Source: a virus
IMG/VR virus record: IMGVR_UViG_3300045988_181578
Reading direction: 5' to 3' (one strand)
Length of the DNA stretch: 42,779 nt
Shown: positions 26,589 through 35,083 of the stretch, one piece after another
How positions within the stretch are numbered: position 1 is the first letter of the stretch
Layout of the letters: each line of letters starts with the position of its first letter
Made by a program: the position numbers and the translations under genes
The notes under the pieces: generated by a model
Database searches by the model: none
What the model was told of the DNA's origin: nothing
Seen by the model: only the letters and a program-made list of their open reading frames with translations

Positions 26589-27451
26589 AAAAGCGTAAAG
26601 TCGTTGTCGAAATTTACCGCTTGTCCGCTGATAAAAAACAGCGGGATGTTTTGCTGACGCTTGAAGATTTATCAGTTCGTTTCAAAATCACAAAATATCG
26701 CGGAACTGTTTTTTCGCAAGGCACAATATCGGTGTGCGGATTGTCGAAAGAACATATAAACCATTTGACGACGTTTCAGGGGGCGTATCTTGCAACGCAA
26801 AACGATAAATATATTCGTCTGACAGCAGGATACGTTGAAGAAAATGACGACGAGTCGGCGGTAATTTTTGACGGATTGATTTTTAAAGCAATTCCGACAA
26901 TGCCGCCTGATATTTGGCTGAATATGGAAGTGTTTTCAAACTTAGACCTTGTTTCTAAAGAAAAAGAAATATCCATTGAAAACACCACGTCGAAGAGCCT
27001 TATAAAAAAAATAGCCGCAGAATTTTCTGTTCCTGTCGTTTTGGATTATTCAACATCCAACAAAACAATAGACAAGTTTTATTTTAAGGGGAATCTTCCG
27101 TCATTAGAAAGAAAACTCTATGAAATATTCAAAAACGACAAGATTTTTTATTATGAACAAGGAAAAATCATTGTTGACGACTGGGAAAAAACAAATCGAC
27201 CGAGCATTCCGTATTTAATCAATGTTGAAAACGGTATGGTTTTTATGCCGAAGCCGACGACTTACGGATGCGACGTTTCAATTTTCCTAAACCCGTTTTT
27301 TCAGATGTCGCAAATCGCACAAATAGAATCGACGCAAATCCCGTCGTTAAACGGCGAATATACTGTTTATATGTTGACACACGAGGGGACTTCCCGCGAC
27401 GTTCCTTTTTACACGCACCTTTCTTGTATGAGGATTCCGAGCAATGTCTGA
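26585..27451 (+). CDS. putative baseplate hub / tail protein
   Basis: 288 aa; ATGA coupling. Confidence 0.35.
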   Translation: MKKRKVVVEIYRLSADKKQRDVLLTLEDLSVRFKITKYRGTVFSQGTISVCGLSKEHINHLTTFQGAYLATQNDKYIRLTAGYVEENDDESAVIFDGLIFKAIPTMPPDIWLNMEVFSNLDLVSKEKEISIENTTSKSLIKKIAAEFSVPVVLDYSTSNKTIDKFYFKGNLPSLERKLYEIFKNDKIFYYEQGKIIVDDWEKTNRPSIPYLINVENGMVFMPKPTTYGCDVSIFLNPFFQMSQIAQIESTQIPSLNGEYTVYMLTHEGTSRDVPFYTHLSCMRIPSNV

Positions 27452-28139
27452 AACTTCAATCGTAAATGCAAACCCGCTTTCAACTGAAAGCGAACTTTTC
27501 GCACTTCAAGATTTATTACGTTCGATAAGCGCACAAATAAGCGTCTGTATGCCCGCTGTCGTTCAAGAGTATGATAGAGCATCTAATACTGTCAAAGTGC
27601 GCCCAGCGGTCAAATATATACGGAATGACGGCATTACGGAAAGCCGACAGATTATCACAATGCCCGTTGTCCGTTTCGGGAGCGCATTTACGGTTTCATT
27701 TTCTTTGAAACAAGGGGATTTGGGACTGATTTTTTTCGCCGACCGCGATTGCTATAATTTTTTGAAGACACTCTCCGAAGCCGACCCGAATACCAGACGA
27801 GTCCACGCCGTTGAAGACGGTTTCTTTTTGCCGTTCAATCTTTCGACGGCAGATAATACAACGGCAGACGTTTCAATTCAAAATTCGGACGGCACGGTCA
27901 AAGTTGAAATGACGGCGGAAAAATTAACGCTCACGAATGGCGAAAGCACGCTTGTTTTTGACGCGAACGGCGCGACCGTTTCTAAAAATGTTTCTGTTTC
28001 GGGAAATACCGAATCGGCAACGTATTCAACGGGCGGCGTTGCGGGACTGACAACGCAGGTTGTTGAAATTCACGATGTTTCAGGCGCGACAAAGCAAACA
28101 CTTACTTTTACAAACGGACTTTTGACGCAGGTTTCTTAA
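27444..28139 (+). CDS. baseplate central spike (P2 gpV / Mu gp45-like)
   Basis: N-terminal OB-like MPAVVQEYDRASNTVKVRPAV...MPVVRFGS...KQGDLGLIFFADRD followed by a Thr/Ser-rich beta region. Confidence 0.5.
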   Translation: MSETSIVNANPLSTESELFALQDLLRSISAQISVCMPAVVQEYDRASNTVKVRPAVKYIRNDGITESRQIITMPVVRFGSAFTVSFSLKQGDLGLIFFADRDCYNFLKTLSEADPNTRRVHAVEDGFFLPFNLSTADNTTADVSIQNSDGTVKVEMTAEKLTLTNGESTLVFDANGATVSKNVSVSGNTESATYSTGGVAGLTTQVVEIHDVSGATKQTLTFTNGLLTQVS

Positions 28140-28204
28140 TCCTTGCTTATCGGGCGATTATCCGATAAAATTAGGACATTATTTTTTGAAAGGAAACAAA
28201 CCTT

Positions 28205-28645
28205 ATGAAAGCTTACAGATATAATTCTGAAAACAAAAAGTATGAAGGAGAAACGACGTGTCAAATCGACCCATTGGAATCGAAACTGGCAGGCAAAGAA
28301 GTTTACTTGTTGCCCGCGGATTGTACCTATGAAGAACCTCTGCCCGAAAAAGAGGGTTTTGACATCATCTTCAACGGTACGGCTTGGGAATACAAGGAAG
28401 AAGAAAAGAAACCCGAAGACGAGCCTTACGTTCCGACTGAAAAGGAAAAGACCCAATGGGCTATCTGGAAATTGAAGTCCAAGCTCGCCGAAACGGATTA
28501 CAAAGTGTTAAAATGCACCGAAGCGTCGTTGTGCGGACAAGAATTGCCGTATGATTTAGATGCCGTTGTTTCCGAGCGCGACGGGTGGCGGTCTCAGATT
28601 AACGAGCTTGAGGAAAAGCTCAAGACGATTAAAGAATCCGAATAA
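28205..28645 (+). CDS. hypothetical protein (acidic, possible fibre-assembly or accessory protein)
   Basis: RBS gaaagga. Followed by a terminator. Confidence 0.45.
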   Translation: MKAYRYNSENKKYEGETTCQIDPLESKLAGKEVYLLPADCTYEEPLPEKEGFDIIFNGTAWEYKEEEKKPEDEPYVPTEKEKTQWAIWKLKSKLAETDYKVLKCTEASLCGQELPYDLDAVVSERDGWRSQINELEEKLKTIKESE

Positions 28646-28651
28646 GAAAGG

Positions 28652-28677
28652 GGCGGGATTTTTCCCGCCTTTTTAAT
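28652..28677 (+). terminator. rho-independent terminator
   Basis: Stem ggcggga / tcccgcc with loop ttttt, then tttttaat. Confidence 0.6.
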
Positions 28678-29276
28678 ATGACTGTTTACGCATATTTACG
28701 GGTGTCATCTGTTTCTCAAGACGAACAAAATCAGCGGCAAGGTGTGGATGCTAAAGCCGTTGCTTTGAATGTTCACATCGACAAATACATTGTTGACAAA
28801 GTTTCGGGGACAAAAGAGCCGAAGCTCCGTAATCTTGGAAGCCTTGCCCGACGTTTGAAATCGGGCGATGTTGTTATTGTTTCGGAGTTGTCCCGCCTGT
28901 CCCGCCGTATATTCACGCTTTGCCGACTATTTGAAGACTTGCTTGAAAAGGGCGTTCGTGTTTACTCGGTGAAAGAAAACTTTGTTCTTGATGATTCGCC
29001 GCAGTCGAAAATGCTGATATTTTGTTTTGGGATGTCCGCTGAAATTGAACAACGTATGATTTCTGCTCGGACGCGGGAAGCTTTGGCGTATCGTAAACAA
29101 CAGGGCATCAAATTAGGACGTCCAGTAGGCGCAAAGACGAAAAAGCATAAGTTAGATGTTTACGCCGAAAAAATCGCCCTGTGGCTAAAAAAGGCGTTTC
29201 GCGCAGAAAGATTGCAAAACGGTGCAAGGTGTGTGAAAAAACGCTTCGCAAGTGGTTGCGTAAAACGAACGTTTAA
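28678..29276 (+). CDS. Gin/Hin/Cin-family serine DNA invertase; the HTH domain lies in the -1 frame after the A-run at 29187-29193
   Basis: YAYLRVSSVSQDEQNQRQ (Ser nucleophile), DKVSGTKEPKLRNLGSLARRLKSGDVVIVSELSRLSRR and MISARTREALAYRKQQGIKLGRP match the Gin catalytic domain. The -1 frame encodes KKGVSRRKIAKRCKVCEKTLRKWLRKTNV*, which matches the Gin HTH GIPRKQVALIYDVALSTLYKK. The 0 frame instead reads through into fibre cassette V2 (track ORF 28678..29571). Confidence 0.75.
29187..29193 (+). other. A_AAA_AAG heptamer at the invertase catalytic-domain/HTH junction (candidate -1 slippery site, or a homopolymer indel)
   Basis: cta aaa aag in the 0 frame. A -1 slip yields LWLKK-GVSRRKIAKR..., the exact frame that encodes the HTH. 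Confidence 0.5.
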
Positions 29277-29291
29277 TCTGCCGAACTTTAA
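29266..29291 (+). other. inversion crossover site A (core AACGTTTAATCTGCCGAAC)
   Basis: One of four copies of the about 19-bp core AACGTTTAAYSTGCCGAAY. Overlaps the invertase stop and the start of cassette V2. Confidence 0.55.
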
Positions 29292-29571
29292 TGGCAAAAC
29301 GGTGTGGCAACGAACAGATCATCAAGTTGGAATTCCGACTGTAGGTCAACTGCCGAATATTACGGGTGGGGTAAATATAGACCACGCAAACCTTCTAAAT
29401 GCGTTTGGGTGCTGTACCGCCGATTCTAATATAGGGCAATACTATGGTACGCAGTTAGAAAAACACCTGCAAAGATTGTTGATTGACGCTTCTAAATCAT
29501 CGTCAATTTATCAAAACGTTAATCTTGTCGTTCCAGCAAACAATTCTGTTGTGTTTTGTATACGATACTAA
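29266..29571 (+). other. silent tail-fibre C-terminal cassette V2 (TFNLPNFNGKTVWQ ... FCIRY*)
   Basis: Homologous to the C-terminal 112 aa of the expressed fibre (FN.PN.N, LPNITG, ASKSSSIY, VVP, FCIRY). Has no start codon of its own. Convergent with, and abutting, the fibre gene 3' end. Confidence 0.7.
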
Positions 29572-30500
29572 TATCTGATGCAAAAATGTATCACCCCAGA
29601 TGCAGGGACGACTTGCGTTTCTCCGTCTTTATAAATTGAACTTGAGCGCGACGCATTAAAATCTTGAGCTGTTTGTCCATCCCATACGTACGTCAAAGTA
29701 CAAGCCAAACCACCACCATCCTTATAAGTTCCGGTGTTTATAGCACCAGTTCCATTATACAAAACAGGGCGCCTACTATCTTGACTTGTACCTTGAGCTG
29801 TCCAACTGGCGGTGATATTTGGTAACCTACCAGCCAGTATTGTTCCAATAGAAAGCGTACTAGATTGAAACACCGTTTTATTGTTAAGATTCGGCACATT
29901 AAACGTTGTATTTCCGTCCCCTGCACCCCACGTTGTCCCGATGACATTGAACAGACGCGCGTAAGTGATGCGGGAAATAGCCGCGCCGTTGCAAATCAGA
30001 TAACCGTCGGGAGCGTCATTTGCAGGCCAAGTGATAATTATTCCTGTCGGAAGTCCCGCGTCAATAAAAGCCCAATGCACGCCGTCAAGATATTCGGGAT
30101 TTGTTAAAAAGTTAAACGTGTTGTTTTCGACAAGGGAATAAACCGCCGTCGGTTTTCCGCCGACAATCGCCCACAACAAAGCCCCCTGCGGATACCCGCC
30201 GATAGCGTCTGAAACTGCTTGATTGAACGAATATGTACCGCCGTTTTGAGCGAAGAAGTTATGTTGCGAAACGGTGTTAAAAAGACCGTTAAAGTCTTGC
30301 TGTTTCGGGGGAAGTCCCGATACCTGTGTCGGCAAAGGATTTTCAATTACGGGCATACGGGTAATGGCAGGAAAACCCTCTTGGAAAGATGCACGATTCG
30401 TCCCTGTTGCGCCGTTCGGAATAGCGTTAATGTTTTCGCTTGTCGCCTGTGCGGCAATCGGTTGTGGGATTACGACGGGGGTTGTATTTGAAGTCGCCAT
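29568..30500 (-). CDS. tail fibre protein (P2 gpH / Mu S-like); constant N-terminal part plus variable C-terminal cassette V1
   Basis: C-terminus TFNVPNLNNKTVFQ...ASRSSSIYKDGETQVVPASGVIHFCIRY. RBS aggag. Gene order W-J-I-H. Confidence 0.7.
   Translation of the reverse strand: MATSNTTPVVIPQPIAAQATSENINAIPNGATGTNRASFQEGFPAITRMPVIENPLPTQVSGLPPKQQDFNGLFNTVSQHNFFAQNGGTYSFNQAVSDAIGGYPQGALLWAIVGGKPTAVYSLVENNTFNFLTNPEYLDGVHWAFIDAGLPTGIIITWPANDAPDGYLICNGAAISRITYARLFNVIGTTWGAGDGNTTFNVPNLNNKTVFQSSTLSIGTILAGRLPNITASWTAQGTSQDSRRPVLYNGTGAINTGTYKDGGGLACTLTYVWDGQTAQDFNASRSSSIYKDGETQVVPASGVIHFCIRY
29887..29910 (-). other. inversion crossover site B inside the fibre gene at the constant/variable boundary
   Basis: Minus-strand acaACGTTTAATGTGCCGAATct encodes TFNVPN. 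Inverted relative to sites A and C. Confidence 0.55.
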
Positions 30501-31118
30501 TTATTTAACTCCTATGCTGTCTACGACAAAAACGCCGTTGTTAAAAGGTTTAAGTCCGCTTCCCTCGAAACCGAACGTTTCTTGCGGCGGAATCGGTGTA
30601 ATGGATGTAATTTTAACGCCAGACGGGCGCGGCAGAAAATCGTTTAATTGCAAAACGATTTCTTCTTCCGCCGTCGGAAAAAAGTCTAAAATGTACGTTA
30701 TGGACATATTCAAATTGTCCTGCACATAAGACTTGTTGTCTGGATGATTGAAGAAAATTTGCCGAATAAACGTGTTTACGTTTGAAAACGTCGGCGCGTG
30801 AGAGTTCTTATACAGTTTTGCGTTCAAAAGCAGTCTGTAAGACTCCGTCGGAATGGGGACAAGTTCGCCGTCGGCGTTCGTATACAAAGGACGTTCCAAA
30901 TTCAATAAAAATCCCCACAACGTCAAACCAAATTCGTTTGCCGTCTGAATGTTCAAAACGTCATCAATCCAGCGTTCCCAAAAATCAGAAACGGCATCAT
31001 CGTAAAAGTTTTGTTTAAACGCAATAAGGGCGTTAAAGTTCGGCGCGTTGTCGTACTGCCAAAGGATAACGTTTCTTGCATTAAAAGCGATTTCTTTTGC
31101 GACATCGTAATTCTTCAT
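30501..31118 (-). CDS. baseplate/tail protein (P2 gpI-like)
   Basis: Position between the J-like and fibre genes; ATGA coupling. 205 aa. Confidence 0.45.
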   Translation of the reverse strand: MKNYDVAKEIAFNARNVILWQYDNAPNFNALIAFKQNFYDDAVSDFWERWIDDVLNIQTANEFGLTLWGFLLNLERPLYTNADGELVPIPTESYRLLLNAKLYKNSHAPTFSNVNTFIRQIFFNHPDNKSYVQDNLNMSITYILDFFPTAEEEIVLQLNDFLPRPSGVKITSITPIPPQETFGFEGSGLKPFNNGVFVVDSIGVK

Positions 31119-32320
31119 TGAACCACCACCGAAACATCATCAGACGTTAAAAGCGCGCATTGTTTTGAAAGGATTGAAACGCCACTGACTGTTTGTTGTT
31201 CGCCTTTTTTACCCGCAACGACTTGAACAATTTTAATTTCAGGGATTGCTTCGGAAACGGCGGAAGCGATTTCAAAAGTGTTTACATTATTCCCGATTAC
31301 AAGCCCCTCGACGTTCGGATTTTTGTTTTGCGCCCAAGCGACAACGGCATCTTTTACATCTTGATAAATGTTGTTTCCCTGATATTTGTTCAAAGAAACC
31401 GTGATTGTCGTTTGAACTTCGATATATTCGGGGCGATTGAACGTAACTTGGACGTATCGGTCGTTTATCGCATCGTATCCTAAACCTGTTTCGGACTGTC
31501 CGCTAATCGCCGTGTATCCGCATCCGACGTTTTTTGCGGACGCAATGGCATTGTAAATGTCTTGAACAAGTCCGCCGTCCACAATGATGCACAAAGAGTG
31601 CGGAGCAACAGAAACACCGTTAACTTCAACTGCCGTGTCGTTATAATTCTCGTAATACCAAGAAGATATAACGCCGTTTACGCCCGACAGTTTTCCTTTG
31701 ATAGAATCGTTATATCCGTTCGCTAATTGTTGAGCGTACAAAATACGTTCTCGATAAGAAGAATCGCTTTCTTTTTCATATCCGATAATGGCGGGGTCGG
31801 GATTGTTTATCGTTTCCCACCCCGAAACGCTTGAAACGATTTCCGTTAATGTTCCGACGGGACAAGGAATTTGTCCGAGTTCAACCGACTGAAAATAAAC
31901 TTCCGCCTTGCCGTTTGTGTCCAGTTGAACCGTTCTTTCGCTTTCAAAAACATTTCCGTCCGTTGTCTTTGCTTGTGAACCCACAGGGATAATAGTCCCC
32001 ACAACGCCCGCCAAAGAAACAAGAACTTGCGTCGGTTGCGCATATTTTCGATAGACTAAAACTTTTGCGCCGATTGCGTCCAAAAAATCGCCCGATGCCG
32101 TTTGGATGTTTTGAGAATTTGCCATTAAAGCGACAACGCGGATTACCTGTTGACGCAATAACGTATCGTGTTCGATCAAACGACCCTGCGGCGTTGACGT
32201 TTCAATGGACAAATCCGCCCCGAAAATATCTTTATATTCGTTTTCAACGTCCGTTTTTACGTCGCCTGTATTCGGAATAACAACGCCCGTGGACGTAACA
32301 TAATCGTACAAATCAGCCAT
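31115..32320 (-). CDS. baseplate J-like protein (P2 gpJ / Mu gp47-like)
   Basis: 401 aa. Position W-J-I-H. Confidence 0.6.
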   Translation of the reverse strand: MADLYDYVTSTGVVIPNTGDVKTDVENEYKDIFGADLSIETSTPQGRLIEHDTLLRQQVIRVVALMANSQNIQTASGDFLDAIGAKVLVYRKYAQPTQVLVSLAGVVGTIIPVGSQAKTTDGNVFESERTVQLDTNGKAEVYFQSVELGQIPCPVGTLTEIVSSVSGWETINNPDPAIIGYEKESDSSYRERILYAQQLANGYNDSIKGKLSGVNGVISSWYYENYNDTAVEVNGVSVAPHSLCIIVDGGLVQDIYNAIASAKNVGCGYTAISGQSETGLGYDAINDRYVQVTFNRPEYIEVQTTITVSLNKYQGNNIYQDVKDAVVAWAQNKNPNVEGLVIGNNVNTFEIASAVSEAIPEIKIVQVVAGKKGEQQTVSGVSILSKQCALLTSDDVSVVVQ

Positions 32321-32322
32321 TT

Positions 32323-32667
32323 TTAACCCGCAATCGTTGTTTCACCGTAAACCGTCGAAACGTTCATTTCATATTTTAAAGTGCTGTCTTCAATTCGCAT
32401 TGCAAAATTCACCACAGAATTTACGCCGTTAATCGCTTCAACGTTATTAAAAATCTGTTTTCTAAACAAAAAAACGTCGGGCGGCGAATTGAAAACAGAG
32501 CCAAAATAATCAACGCCGACATTTGTAGCCAACTGACATTCGCTTAAAACAGTCTGAATCCGCTGTTTTATGACCAATGCCAAAGCGTCAATATCAGACA
32601 CCAACGCCAGATTGCCAAGCGCATCTAAATAAACGTCATTGTCCGAATTTGTCGCTATCGTTTTCAT
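32323..32667 (-). CDS. baseplate wedge protein (P2 gpW / GPW_gp25-like)
   Basis: 114 aa. Precedes the J-like gene. RBS aaagg. Confidence 0.5.
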   Translation of the reverse strand: MKTIATNSDNDVYLDALGNLALVSDIDALALVIKQRIQTVLSECQLATNVGVDYFGSVFNSPPDVFLFRKQIFNNVEAINGVNSVVNFAMRIEDSTLKYEMNVSTVYGETTIAG

Positions 32668-32739
32668 TGAACGCCTTTCATTTCGTTAAATCCTATAACA
32701 ATTTGAAATCTTTGTAAAGGCAAAATCACGGGACGAAAA

Positions 32740-32762
32740 ATCAACGTTTAACGTGCCGAATT
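32740..32762 (+). other. inversion crossover site C (AACGTTTAACGTGCCGAAT)
   Basis: Conserved core at the start of cassette V3. Confidence 0.55.
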
Positions 32763-33058
32763 TTAATAACAGAATTCCGCAGGGAAGTGGCAGCCGTGGA
32801 ACGGTCGGTGCGTATTTGTCGGAAAGCTTGCCAAATATCACAGGTACTTTTGGTGTCCCTAAATATGAAATAGTGAATGTAGGAACTGGAGCTTTTACAT
32901 CTACTGTGAATGGAACAGAATATAACATGTCATCACTCGAAGTTAACAGAAATGGGCACTTTTTCTATTTTTCAGCTTCCCGTTCATCTTCTACCTATCA
33001 AGACAATGCACCCGTTCAGCAAGCGGCGACGGTGGTTAATTTCTGCATCCGATATTAG
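32742..33058 (+). other. silent tail-fibre C-terminal cassette V3 (TFNVPNFNNRIPQG ... FCIRY*)
   Basis: GTG-initiated ORF in the track. Shares LPNITG, SASRSSSTY and FCIRY with the fibre C-terminus. Confidence 0.7.
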
Positions 33059-33357
33059 TATTTGATGCAGAAATTAATGTTAATTCCAGACGGTACAACA
33101 AGATTGTCGGAACGTGAGTAGGCGGACGACGAGCGGGATGCGTCAAAATTAAAAGCTCTGTTAGAATTCGTAGTCCCCGTAAGGTGAACATATTGTACGT
33201 CAATTCCGTTTAAAGCAAACGCCCCAGAAGCACTATACCACAAATTTCCACCTTGTTGAACATAGCCTGTTATTTTCGGCAAACTACCATTAAAGGATGT
33301 CCCCACAACCCCACCCTGCCAAACGGTATGATTGGTGGAGTTCGGCACATTAAACGT
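33055..33357 (-). other. silent tail-fibre C-terminal cassette V4 (TFNVPNSTNHTVWQ ... FCIKY*), convergent with V3
   Basis: Shares LPKITG, DASRSSSAY, VVP and FCIKY. A TAG stop lies immediately upstream of the conserved core. Confidence 0.7.
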
Positions 33358-33360
33358 TTT
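33339..33360 (-). other. inversion crossover site D
   Basis: Minus-strand aaAACGTTTAATGTGCCGAACtc. Confidence 0.55.
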
Positions 33361-33531
33361 TTTTGCTTTCCTAAAAAGACTTATTGATAAAAAGAACAGA
33401 TTGTTTTAACCTATAAGTAGTCAAATTTTTATAGATATAACGAAAATGAAAAATTACAACGTGAAAGCCAAGGAATGGCAACCGCTTTCAGACATTATTC
33501 ATGTAAACGTCTTTATAGAGGAAGCAGAATA

Positions 33532-33780
33532 ATGGAACACGTCATCGAAAAACTTAAAGCGTGGGGCTGGGTGATAATGACAATTTTCACCGTGTCCTGT
33601 TTTATCCAAACACTTATTCAGTTGTCCCCGCGTGTTACGGAATTGGAACGTCGCGCCGCCATTACAGAGGGCAAGGTTTCAATGATTGAGGTTAAACTCG
33701 ATACAGTTTTGCACCAGACGACCGAAACAAAGAACGACGTAAAGGACATTTACCGAATCTTAATTGGGGAAAAAAAATAA
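33532..33780 (+). CDS. small membrane protein with N-terminal TM and C-terminal coiled coil (holin/XhlA-like candidate)
   Basis: WGWVIMTIFTVSCFIQTLI TM, then ELERRAAITEGKVSMIEVKLD. RBS ggaag. First gene of the lysis cassette. Confidence 0.35.
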   Translation: MEHVIEKLKAWGWVIMTIFTVSCFIQTLIQLSPRVTELERRAAITEGKVSMIEVKLDTVLHQTTETKNDVKDIYRILIGEKK

Positions 33781-34305
33781 ATGATTCAAGCTTTGATTTT
33801 TAGCGTTTTCGGTGCTTTTTTTCGCCGCTGGTTCGGCGGGGGCTTTGGAAAGTTCGGCGACGTTTCGCGTTTTTGGAAATATCTTTCCCTCTCAATCGCT
33901 TTTATCGCCGCTTGGTTTTATCTAAATGGTATTGATTGGACGGCTTTGAAAATGTATGCCGCCCTTGTTTCTTTTATGGTGTTTTGGGCGGTGGGACACG
34001 GGACTTGGTTCGTATACTGGGATGATACGGCGGCGGCAGAGGGGCGAATCCCGCTTATTGATAAAATTGTTTGGTTCTGTATCGGCGTTGATGAATCTCG
34101 GACGTTTTGGGGAAATTGCTTTGGAATGTTTGTCCGATATACGATTACGGCAATTCCCGTTGCAATCTTCACAAGCCCTCTTTTTTTGACCGCTGGCGCG
34201 ATTGTCGCACTTTCCTATGTTCCCGCAGGGTTTAAACAGGATACGCGCCTTGGTGAATGTTTGGCGGGCTTCTTTGTGTTCTTTTTGCTCTGGTGGTGCT
34301 TATGA
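33781..34305 (+). CDS. multi-pass membrane protein (putative holin or lysis accessory protein)
   Basis: 174 aa with 4-5 hydrophobic segments. Lies immediately upstream of and ATGA-coupled to the peptidase gene. Confidence 0.4.
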   Translation: MIQALIFSVFGAFFRRWFGGGFGKFGDVSRFWKYLSLSIAFIAAWFYLNGIDWTALKMYAALVSFMVFWAVGHGTWFVYWDDTAAAEGRIPLIDKIVWFCIGVDESRTFWGNCFGMFVRYTITAIPVAIFTSPLFLTAGAIVALSYVPAGFKQDTRLGECLAGFFVFFLLWWCL

Positions 34306-34670
34306 CGAAAAATTACTTTTCACAAAACGAAGAAGCTTGCCGTTGTTGCGGGTGCGGCGGTCTTGTCCCCGACTTTCGTGAAAAATTAAACAAGGCGCGC
34401 GAACTTGCGGGCATCCCGTTTGTTTTAACGTCTGCTTTTCGGTGTGAAAAATATAATCGAGAAGTCGGCGGTTCGGAAACGTCTTCACACTTGGCGGGTC
34501 TTGCCGTTGATATTAAATGTACGGACGGCTGGAGTCGTTTCAAAATTTTGTCCGCATTATTGGAAGTCGGCTTTTGTCGTATCGGAATCGGAAAAACATT
34601 CATTCACGTTGACGATGACCTAACAAAACCGCAAGGCGTTGTCTGGGATTATTACCGAAAACAGGGATAA
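34302..34670 (+). CDS. peptidase M15-family endolysin (D-Ala-D-Ala carboxypeptidase-like, Zn-dependent)
   Basis: LTSAFRCEKYNREVGGSETSSHLAGLAVDI and a later H/D give the SxHxxGxAxD pattern of Peptidase_M15. Confidence 0.75.
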   Translation: MTKNYFSQNEEACRCCGCGGLVPDFREKLNKARELAGIPFVLTSAFRCEKYNREVGGSETSSHLAGLAVDIKCTDGWSRFKILSALLEVGFCRIGIGKTFIHVDDDLTKPQGVVWDYYRKQG

Positions 34671-34720
34671 AAAGAACGGGCGAATTTTCATCCGTCCCGT
34701 TCGTTCCGTTTGTCTTCTTT
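34667..34720. terminator. bidirectional rho-independent terminator between convergent genes
   Basis: Stem gaacggg / cccgttc with T-rich runs on both strands. Confidence 0.5.
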
Positions 34721-34775
34721 AGGAGAAATAAGAGATTTTCATCCTATCTGTTTTATCCGCCGTTGTCAAGAAGTT

Positions 34776-34943
34776 TTAATGTATTGTGTGTTTCCCGTTC
34801 TCTTTTTCCGTATATGCCAAAGAGGGAAGCAAATCGGCGACGTTTTCAATTTGTTTCGCCCGTATCGTTTCCAATAAAATAGAGCAAGCGTCCGCCATTC
34901 CCTTTTTATACGCTTCTACGAGAGCTTTTTCTTCTTTCGTCAT
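34776..34943 (-). CDS. hypothetical protein (55 aa)
   Basis: MTKEEKALVEAYKK...; ATGA coupled to the upstream membrane-protein gene. Confidence 0.3.
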   Translation of the reverse strand: MTKEEKALVEAYKKGMADACSILLETIRAKQIENVADLLPSLAYTEKENGKHTIH

Positions 34944-35083
34944 TTTATCTTTATTTCTAACCCAATAAGGCACAGCATAAAAATAACACCAGAATTTACA
35001 GCGTTTTTTTCCAAAGCTATTGCACCCCATAGACAAAAGATTGCCCAAGCTATCGTTAGAATAAAATAAACCCAATCTTTCAT
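34940..35083 (-). CDS. small membrane protein (47 aa)
   Basis: MKDWVYFILTIAWAIFCLWGAIAL... with a strong RBS gggaggt. Confidence 0.4.
   Translation of the reverse strand: MKDWVYFILTIAWAIFCLWGAIALEKNAVNSGVIFMLCLIGLEIKIK

Noticed and set aside
28136-28456. Minus ORF 28136..28456 (106 aa)
   Set aside because: Phe-rich antisense translation of the RBS-supported plus gene 28205..28645.
28678-29571. Single 297-aa invertase-fibre fusion ORF as annotated in the track
   Set aside because: The catalytic-domain frame runs by chance into cassette V2. The HTH is in the -1 frame, and the cassette is a promoterless recombination module, not part of the invertase.
29865-30729. Plus ORFs 29865..30107, 30219..30491, 30274..30729 and minus 29738..29947, 30104..30346
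   Set aside because: They lie inside or antisense to the tail fibre gene.
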